This document shows positions 57,196 through 64,000 of a DNA stretch of 64,000 nucleotides, one piece after another (positions within the stretch are counted from its first letter, which is position 1; each line of letters opens with the position of its first letter). The DNA is from an uncultured virus (IMG/VR IMGVR_UViG_3300037088_000332) (lineage: Duplodnaviria > Heunggongvirae > Uroviricota > Caudoviricetes): the IMG/VR virus record IMGVR_UViG_3300037088_000332, one strand, 5' to 3'. A model generated the notes under the pieces. The model worked only from the letters and a program-made list of their open reading frames with translations, was not told where the DNA came from and made no database searches. A program made the position numbers and the translations under genes.

Positions 57196-58170
57196 TTACT
57201 GGTTTTCGACATATCTTTTCCCTTCTGCCAGTTCCAGCATCCAGAATTGCTTGTGCATCCGCCAGAACGCCGCCCTGACCGCCGCTCCCTGCTCGTCAGA
57301 TACCACGAGGACTGAACTCATCCTGGGGATGATGATGCAGGTCTCGTGGACGATGTCGTGCTCGGAGAACACCTCAAAGGCGACCTTGCGGGAGAACAAA
57401 ACTTGGTTGAGAATCTCACCCCCGGATTTGGAGTGGAAGGGATAGGCAATCTCATCTGCAAGTAAGTCTTCAGGACGGGTGGAATCGTGCTTGACCATCA
57501 TTGGAGCGCTTCCCGGCACCCAGTGGATGTACCAAGCCTTAAGGCTTGGCATTACCTTCAAGTAATTGTCCGAGCCTATACCAAGCATGGATATGTTATT
57601 GCTATCTGAAAATACTGGGGTCTGCCCCCTTGGGCTTACCCGGAAGGATAGCTGCGGCGTGAAGCCTGCGATAATCTTGAGGGACTTGAGGGTACTGAGG
57701 TCATGGTTGAACTTATCGTCTTCGGTCGTCAGGTGAGCAGCGTGGGATGCCCTGACCATCTTGGCACCTGGCTCAAGGGGGCTATGCTTGCTGTCCTTCC
57801 ATTCCCCCTCCAGCTTCTTGATGTCGTCTTCGGCGTCCCTTGCTTGGTACCCCATGCCGACATAGGACTGGAGGTTGAGCAAGACCTGCGTGAAGATGTT
57901 GTAGTCCAGCAACCTATGCCCGTGGAGCTTCTTAAGGACGACATTGCGGTCATAGCCTGTCGGCTCTCCCTTGACCTCGGGGCCCACTTCCATCCAGCAG
58001 TCACGAAAGACTTTCCAGATTACACTTCCCCAGTGGTCGGTTCGACTGAATTCCAAAGCAGGCAATATCTCCAAGAACTTTGCCTTGAGGGTATCTTCGG
58101 ACTCAAATAATTCAGATATTCTCGCTGCAAAAAGGTTGGTTACCCGCTGGTAGATTTGTTCCATTTCCAT
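57196..58170 (-). CDS. hypothetical protein
   Basis: 324-aa open frame. Confidence 0.75.
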   Translation of the reverse strand: MEMEQIYQRVTNLFAARISELFESEDTLKAKFLEILPALEFSRTDHWGSVIWKVFRDCWMEVGPEVKGEPTGYDRNVVLKKLHGHRLLDYNIFTQVLLNLQSYVGMGYQARDAEDDIKKLEGEWKDSKHSPLEPGAKMVRASHAAHLTTEDDKFNHDLSTLKSLKIIAGFTPQLSFRVSPRGQTPVFSDSNNISMLGIGSDNYLKVMPSLKAWYIHWVPGSAPMMVKHDSTRPEDLLADEIAYPFHSKSGGEILNQVLFSRKVAFEVFSEHDIVHETCIIIPRMSSVLVVSDEQGAAVRAAFWRMHKQFWMLELAEGKRYVENQ

Positions 58171-58324
58171 GTAATTTTTCCAATCGTCATCTCAAGTGTT
58201 TCCAGTTCACTGTCATGGAAGTGATGGTGGGTCTTGGTATCGTCAGGTGTTATCACCACAACATAACCATTCTCATAGTAGACTTGTTCGGCATTGGCGT
58301 AGTCCCACTGTCCTTCCATGGCGG

Positions 58325-58672
58325 TTATTCGGACATGCATTTTTGCATTCTTATTTCGTCATCCTCTGCACACGCTGGGCAGCCTGAGACATTCTCCCCG
58401 CCTAGGTGGTTGTGCATAAGTTCAGGCTTAGCCACATTGCCGTACCAGCGCTTGTGGTTGTCCCCACGGGCGAAGTCTGCCGGGCATGGAAGTTCCTTAT
58501 CCTCGGGTTCATACCCCGTGAATGAAATTCCCCACGCTACCCTTAGTTCCTGCCAATCCTTATGCCTGTCACAAAACTCGCATTCACCTGGGGCATAGAG
58601 GATGCGTTGGTCACAGTGTGGGAATTGAGCAATGTGTTTTACAGTTGTAAGAGGCTTGATTCTCTTGAACAT
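58325..58672 (-). CDS. Cys-rich hypothetical protein
   Basis: FPHCD..CEFCD..PCPAD; SD AAGGAG. Confidence 0.7.
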   Translation of the reverse strand: MFKRIKPLTTVKHIAQFPHCDQRILYAPGECEFCDRHKDWQELRVAWGISFTGYEPEDKELPCPADFARGDNHKRWYGNVAKPELMHNHLGGENVSGCPACAEDDEIRMQKCMSE

Positions 58673-59111
58673 ACTGTTCTCCTTTTACCACTCATAGTGA
58701 CAATATTGGTCCCAGATTTCGTTGGTAAATTGACCACATCGGTGCTTCCCCACATGCCCTTGTTTCAAGGTGCATACGTGAGGGGAATCCTCCTTACGGT
58801 GGGTGACAATAATCCCAGAAAAATCGGGAAGCGTGACGAGGGGGACTTGGCGTATCTTCCCGCAAAGCTTGGACAGGTCAACCACCATTACTCCTCCGAG
58901 GTTCTGGAAAGACGTTTCATCCCAGTCAGGTACTTGCTCCTGAGCGCCAGTGTCTCGGTGCTCCCGCAGTCGGGGCACTCCACGAAGGCATAAGGAATCT
59001 CAACCAGTCCGCCCACTGCTCGTATCTTCTGAACCCTCGTTTGGACATACTCGTTCAATTCTTTCTGACATCTGAGGCAATTTACCGCCATATTGTACTT
59101 CCTTTCTTTAG

Positions 59112-59711
59112 TTACTTACGCTCTAAAGGGCAATGTCCATACACTCCACGGGAACAGTTGCAATTCCAGCACATCGCTCTGAATTCATCCTTTGGATATC
59201 CGTGTGCTTTAAGCCATCTATAGAAATGAAAACCACCACTGACCTTTATAGATTTTCTATGTTTATGCCCCCCACCTACAATATGGTCAATGGTGAGAAG
59301 CTCAAAAATTGAAATTGAACATCCGCAAGGACATTGGCATTTTCCCCCATAGGCGGCAATGACCTCTGCCTTGATGGTCCTAGAGTACTGGCGTTTCCTA
59401 TCTGAGCAAATTTGACAGGAGAGCCCCTCTCTATTTTGAAGTCTACCACATCTGCATTTCCCTTGTTTTAAGTTTAGACGCTGGTGGTCGTTCAGCCTTT
59501 GAGTACATTTTTTACAAAGCTTCCTTTTTGGTAGAGCCTTTCTACCACACCCACAAAATCCTTTTGATTTTCTAAGGTTCTTTAGGGCTGTTTGTGTTTT
59601 TACGCAACATACTTTACAGATTCTACGACGACCCCCTAAACTAGAGCCGTGTTTAGCAAACTGGTTAATCGGTTTTGGGGCGTCACATCTTTTACAAATT
59701 CGGATTTCCAC
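59112..59711 (-). CDS. HNH endonuclease with Cys-rich repeats
   Basis: AYGGKCQC..LTIDHI..GG..CWNCN. Confidence 0.85.
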   Translation of the reverse strand: MEIRICKRCDAPKPINQFAKHGSSLGGRRRICKVCCVKTQTALKNLRKSKGFCGCGRKALPKRKLCKKCTQRLNDHQRLNLKQGKCRCGRLQNREGLSCQICSDRKRQYSRTIKAEVIAAYGGKCQCPCGCSISIFELLTIDHIVGGGHKHRKSIKVSGGFHFYRWLKAHGYPKDEFRAMCWNCNCSRGVYGHCPLERK

Positions 59712-60297
59712 GCAATAAGGTTTCCATTTCTGAGGCTAATTGAGCAGCCTTGTTGAATATGGGCTGACACTCATTGTGGCCTTCCAAGATAGCCTGCATA
59801 AGATAACTTAGGAAGTCTAAAACCTCCTGGTAGGCATCAAGAAAGGCGTCCCGCCCGTTGTTGGTCCTAAGTCTTTGGCCATATTTCTTCTCGCCCATTT
59901 CAATGCGCTTCTCGTGGTCGGTGGCCACTTCCGGCATATGCAAGGATATCAAATGGTTGATTACGAACCTACCTACATCCTGCTCTGTGTCCGGGGCGGT
60001 AGGCCTTTGCTGCACAATGGTGGGGTCATAGCTTACCGTAAGGGTTGGGTCATAACTTACAGGGATGGTTGGTCTAAACTTGATGGTATTGTCACACTGA
60101 GGACACGCAGGGGGTCGCCACGGCTCCTTGCTTATATAATCGCCGTGCGTAAAGCATTTTCCCCCTGAATGATGGCTGCCTTCGTGTCCAAAGGGGAGAG
60201 CACAGGGAAACCAAGACCCCTCCCGTGCGATAAAAGAACAGACAAAGGCTTTGCACAGGTCGCTACTTATAGCGATGTTGGTATCAGACTGTGTTAG
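59692..60297 (-). CDS. hypothetical protein with C-terminal nucleotide pyrophosphohydrolase-like helical domain
   Basis: RIEMGEKKYGQRL..NGRDAFLDAYQEVLD..YL. Confidence 0.6.
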   Translation of the reverse strand, partial: LTQSDTNIAISSDLCKAFVCSFIAREGSWFPCALPFGHEGSHHSGGKCFTHGDYISKEPWRPPACPQCDNTIKFRPTIPVSYDPTLTVSYDPTIVQQRPTAPDTEQDVGRFVINHLISLHMPEVATDHEKRIEMGEKKYGQRLRTNNGRDAFLDAYQEVLDFLSYLMQAILEGHNECQPIFNKAAQLASEMETLLRGNPNL

Positions 60298-60949
60298 CAT
60301 TTTCTTCCCCCTCCTCATCCAATACTGAGAATCCCGAGCTTTCCCACGGCTGCCCCCGAACCTTATCCTTCCATTCTTGCCAGGCTGGCATCTTGGCGTT
60401 CATCTTCTGGATGACCTGCTCAATAGATACCGGGCGGAAGTCCCAAGCATCCACGCCCACATCAAACGACAGGTAATGGGGAATCTCGGGGAGATTGCTG
60501 TGCGAGTGCCCGTAGAGCTGCCAACTGGAATACCCCATGTTGCGCCAAGTGCGCATAGCATAGTGGCAGAGGGTAATCATCTTATTCTGCTTGTCGTCGA
60601 ACCACGGCTGACCGACCTTTATCTCCTCGTAGGGGCGGAACCAGACGAACGCCCCCTTCTTGGCCATATTCCTGGCGATGTTGTCGTGATTGCCGTGGAT
60701 GAAGTAGTGGTTCCCGTTGTAGCGCTTCTGGATGGTCAATGCTTGGTCAAGCGACAGCTTGAGGTAGCCGTCTCCGAGGTTGTAGACAAGGTCCCCCGGC
60801 TTGACCACGGCGTTGTGGCGCTCAATCATCGTCTCGGTCATCTCCTCCACTGAAGCGAACGGGCGCTTCTTTTCCCGTACAAGAAAAGTGTGCCCATGGT
60901 GATAGTCAGCAGTGAAGAATAGATTAGGATAGTTTTTAAGGATGGTCAT
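60284..60949 (-). CDS. calcineurin-like metallophosphoesterase
   Basis: ADYHHGH, LGD, GNHD, CHY, GHSH, DVGVD. Confidence 0.9.
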   Translation of the reverse strand: MTILKNYPNLFFTADYHHGHTFLVREKKRPFASVEEMTETMIERHNAVVKPGDLVYNLGDGYLKLSLDQALTIQKRYNGNHYFIHGNHDNIARNMAKKGAFVWFRPYEEIKVGQPWFDDKQNKMITLCHYAMRTWRNMGYSSWQLYGHSHSNLPEIPHYLSFDVGVDAWDFRPVSIEQVIQKMNAKMPAWQEWKDKVRGQPWESSGFSVLDEEGEENANTV

Positions 60950-61356
60950 TTTATACCTATAGATACCAAATTATTTAGGCGTTTTAGGCGTTTGTGGTGT
61001 TTCTCATCAAATACACACAGACCCTCACCTTGGGTGGGAGTAAAGTTACGACAGGTCCAAGGTCGGTCTTTATAGATTGAGCATCTGCCGTCTTTTAGTT
61101 TAGAGCATCGAAATGACCAATACCCGTAACGCTTACCTGTCTCCTCGTCAACCCAAACACTCCTGCTTTCCGCATTGAAGCGGATGGGGTGGAAGTGGTT
61201 AATCCCAATTCTCTTCATAACGTCTTCGAGGGTGTCATCCTCCCAGTGAGTTTGTACTATGGTAAAGTTATCGCAACACGACCCTGGCTTGGGGCATATG
61301 GTGCACAGAGACATCTGTGGAACGTTTTCCTTTAGGATGATGAATTCATCCCCCAT
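60946..61356 (-). CDS. YkgJ-like CxxCxxCC Zn/Fe-S protein
   Basis: CTICPKPGSCC ... C..L..GRCSIYKDRPWTCR.F. Confidence 0.75.
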   Translation of the reverse strand: MGDEFIILKENVPQMSLCTICPKPGSCCDNFTIVQTHWEDDTLEDVMKRIGINHFHPIRFNAESRSVWVDEETGKRYGYWSFRCSKLKDGRCSIYKDRPWTCRNFTPTQGEGLCVFDEKHHKRLKRLNNLVSIGIK

Positions 61357-61639
61357 CAGATTTCCCTTCCTCCGGTTGAAGGCGGCCATAGCGGAGGCTG
61401 TGGTAAATGAGGAGGTGAGGAAGGAAGTGCCAAGATGAAGAGTCTAAGCGTCTCATCCAATAGTTCTCGGCATTCCTCTGTGGAGTGGTCGTTCTCCAGC
61501 CTCCATGCCCGAAGATAGACAAGCTCGGCGTGCTCCGCTTCCGCCTCCATCAGGTGCTGGCATTGGGTTATCTGATATGACGCCGTACCAAGCATTATCA
61601 CGAAAACTATCCCGAGAGTTTCGACCCAGCGCACGAGGG

Positions 61640-62107
61640 TCATAAGTTCAGTTCTTCCATTTCCCTGACGATGCTGTCTATCTCCCGGTAGGCATCGCTG
61701 AATGTCGGGACGAGAGCGTCCGCATGGGCCAAGAGCCAAGGGCTTGGGCACTTGTTGTCGCAGACCACGATAACCCGCTTGTCAAGGTCGTGGGCGTATA
61801 GTATCTCCATTGCTGTTCCCCATGATGGAACCGGGGCATAGACAAGGAGGATGTCGGACCTGGCTATGGCCATCTTGTCCCGCTTGATTATCCACTCGGC
61901 GGCAGCCTTGACGCTCATGTCCGGGCGGTATTCAATCCTAGTGGGGATAATGAACCCTATCTCGGGTCTTCCACACCCTTGCCCCCCAAAAAGATAAGGA
62001 ACTCCGTCCTCACGGCAGCCATGGTGCTTGCAGACCTCATGTCTCCATCCGAAGGCTTGCTCATCGGTCAGCCCCTTGATTCCCCCGGATAAATAGATTG
62101 TAACCAT
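61640..62107 (-). CDS. nucleoside 2-deoxyribosyltransferase-like protein
   Basis: IYLSGGI..W; RD..AI.RSDILL; SWGTAMEI.YA. Confidence 0.85.
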   Translation of the reverse strand: MVTIYLSGGIKGLTDEQAFGWRHEVCKHHGCREDGVPYLFGGQGCGRPEIGFIIPTRIEYRPDMSVKAAAEWIIKRDKMAIARSDILLVYAPVPSWGTAMEILYAHDLDKRVIVVCDNKCPSPWLLAHADALVPTFSDAYREIDSIVREMEELNL

Positions 62108-62122
62108 TTGGTCTCCTACTCC

Positions 62123-63163
62123 TTATATCCCACAAAGTTCTTTGGCAAGCGCCAATAAAGAAGGGTCGTCCGGGCATAACAATCTGAGCGCCTCGGCGGG
62201 GTCGGATGTCTCCACCCCATCCACAGCCTCGTCCATCTTGGAGAAGAACTGCTTCATTTCCTCGGATTTCTCCACTTTTCGCACTGCTTGGTCGGCGACC
62301 ACGAATGCTTGTTCTAGTGGCTTTATGGGGATAGGTATCTCCTTAACCTTGACCTCCCCTTCCTCGGGGAAGGATAGGACGGATACGCACACCGGTCGGT
62401 CTACCTGGTCGGTGTCTAGTGCCGCCCGAGCGAGCGAGCCGAGGCGGATATGCGTCACGTTCCCGACCTTGACGGTCTCTTCCCGGCTGTGGTCGTGCCC
62501 CCAGAGCAGGTAGTCGAAGTCACTCTTGGCTACCTCATCGTAGCCGATGCTCTTCTCTCCGAAATAGGTTGAGCTGGGTCCCGGTCCGCCATAAGCGTGG
62601 ACGATGCCCACATGATACTTGGCGTTTGGATGGCGGCGGGAGGCAAGAATCCTTGCTAGCGTGCCCTCCGCCCGGTCGTAGGGAAAGGACTCCACCTGGA
62701 CGCCAAGATATGTTGCTGAGGGACCGTCTAATGTTTTCGGTAAAGTTATCGGGGTATTGTAAAATATGACGGGCTCGCTGGTAAGGTCATGGTAAGCACC
62801 GGCTGCTATCAGGACGCCGAGCGGTTGACTAGGGAGAGAGTCCATCCGTTCACCTTGAGCTAGGTCATGGTTGCCCACGGAACCATATATCATCCCAGTG
62901 GGAAAAGTTCTGAGCAGCCTCAGTGTGGCCACCAATAGGGATAGGCTGTTCGCCGGGTGCTTGGCGGATTTGATGTGAAAAACATCCGCCCCGCATATAC
63001 TCACCCCTCCTATCTTGTGGGCTATATCCCTGACGAACGCTACCTTATCGAGTATCGCTGTTTGGTAGTCGTCAGCCCTGCGACCGGGGGGGATGGCGCT
63101 CAGATGCCAGTCCGTGGAAAAGACTAATCCAATTCTTTCGGTCTTTAGGTTTACTTGGAGCAT
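62123..63163 (-). CDS. SbcD/Mre11-like (T4 gp47-like) recombination nuclease
   Basis: TDWHL, GADVFH, GNHD, IVH, WGHDH, GSL.R. Confidence 0.85.
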   Translation of the reverse strand: MLQVNLKTERIGLVFSTDWHLSAIPPGRRADDYQTAILDKVAFVRDIAHKIGGVSICGADVFHIKSAKHPANSLSLLVATLRLLRTFPTGMIYGSVGNHDLAQGERMDSLPSQPLGVLIAAGAYHDLTSEPVIFYNTPITLPKTLDGPSATYLGVQVESFPYDRAEGTLARILASRRHPNAKYHVGIVHAYGGPGPSSTYFGEKSIGYDEVAKSDFDYLLWGHDHSREETVKVGNVTHIRLGSLARAALDTDQVDRPVCVSVLSFPEEGEVKVKEIPIPIKPLEQAFVVADQAVRKVEKSEEMKQFFSKMDEAVDGVETSDPAEALRLLCPDDPSLLALAKELCGI

Positions 63164-63193
63164 AGTGGTTATTACTGAAAAAACGAGAAAATT

Positions 63194-63676
63194 TTAATCC
63201 CCTAACTTATTACCGTAGGTCTGGAAAGCAGCCACCTGCGCCTCACCGTCAGGGGTTCCGGCACAACCAGGAGACGCCTCCCAGCCCGAAGCCTTAAACT
63301 TTGCTTTAGGAACCTGTGGAAAACTGAACTCAACCATTTCAAAGTTGGAACTATCCATCAGGTACTCAGTGTTTCCTGCTGGAACCTCCCCTCCCCGTGT
63401 TTGACCTCCCGCCACGTATAAGAGTAAGCGCTCCAATATCGGGATGATGGCGTTGCAGTTGGCATTCGTCGTTGAGGGGACATCAGGCTTCCACCTGTCA
63501 ACTATCGCTCGAAGGTGGAACTCAACATCTTTGAGAAAGGGCTTCTTGTAACTGCCGTTGTAGTTGGTGCGATAGTCGTCGTAGGAGTGGAATGCCGTCT
63601 CCATCCGGGCGACCATACCCTTGTGATAATCCAGATTGCTCTGGTCGTTAGTGCTCTTGAGTGTTATTTCAGACAT
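63194..63676 (-). CDS. hypothetical protein
   Basis: 160 aa; GNTEYLMDSSNF.M.EF..P motif. Confidence 0.7.
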   Translation of the reverse strand: MSEITLKSTNDQSNLDYHKGMVARMETAFHSYDDYRTNYNGSYKKPFLKDVEFHLRAIVDRWKPDVPSTTNANCNAIIPILERLLLYVAGGQTRGGEVPAGNTEYLMDSSNFEMVEFSFPQVPKAKFKASGWEASPGCAGTPDGEAQVAAFQTYGNKLGD

Positions 63677-64000
63677 TTGCGGTTACTCCAATACGCCGGG
63701 TAGGTACTTCCTGAGGTTGGTGTATTCCGGCTCCATGTCCAGCGAGTGGATTATCTCTATCGCCGCCCCGTTGGCGATGCCGTCTATGGCGCAGTCGAGG
63801 ACTGGCTGGTCCGCCCTCACCCAGCAGGCCTTCTCAACGGCACGGGCGGCACGGATGGCCGTGAGTACCTGCTGCTTTATCCAGACCTCTTGATCGGCAT
63901 TGACCTTGGCTCTCTGCGTGCAGCACCGCTGTTGACCGGCCGGGGAATCTCGCAGGTCGGCTCTATATCTTGTCTCTTGATTGTTTCGCAGTCCAGACGG

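Overview
This is a 64-kb segment of a large (probably jumbo) dsDNA bacteriophage genome in standard genetic code, transcribed almost entirely on the minus strand. Recognisable genes include an ATP-dependent DNA ligase, rIIA/rIIB, an SbcD/Mre11-type nuclease, an intein-split dCMP deaminase, an intein-split papain-like peptidase, several HNH/GIY-YIG endonucleases, nucleotide-pool enzymes, an IS1595-family transposase, a stray capsid-like gene and many small hypotheticals. A PEP-CTERM-like protein and a secreted beta-helix protein tentatively suggest an Acidobacteriota-like host. Two minus-strand tRNA arrays dominate: array 1 (~19.7-27.2 kb; His, Trp, Arg, Asn, Lys, Phe, Met, Pro, Gln) and array 2 (~50.5-52.5 kb; Tyr, Leu, Ser). 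Main discovery: each array is preceded by a short leader ORF whose codons match that array's tRNAs (MRNRKPNPMKWQPKRHNFSRPRF... and MNRLSNNSLSSYSSSSLLS...), followed by mutually exclusive antiterminator/terminator helices. This looks like ribosome-mediated attenuation that would switch on phage tRNAs when the matching host tRNAs are depleted or cleaved. Array 1 also holds four tandem circularly permuted tRNA-like modules plus a fifth, three tRNA mimics with a cUUCGg tetraloop in place of the anticodon loop, tRNAs with swapped variable-arm class, and several unassigned structured RNAs. All structures were folded by eye and no database searches were run.
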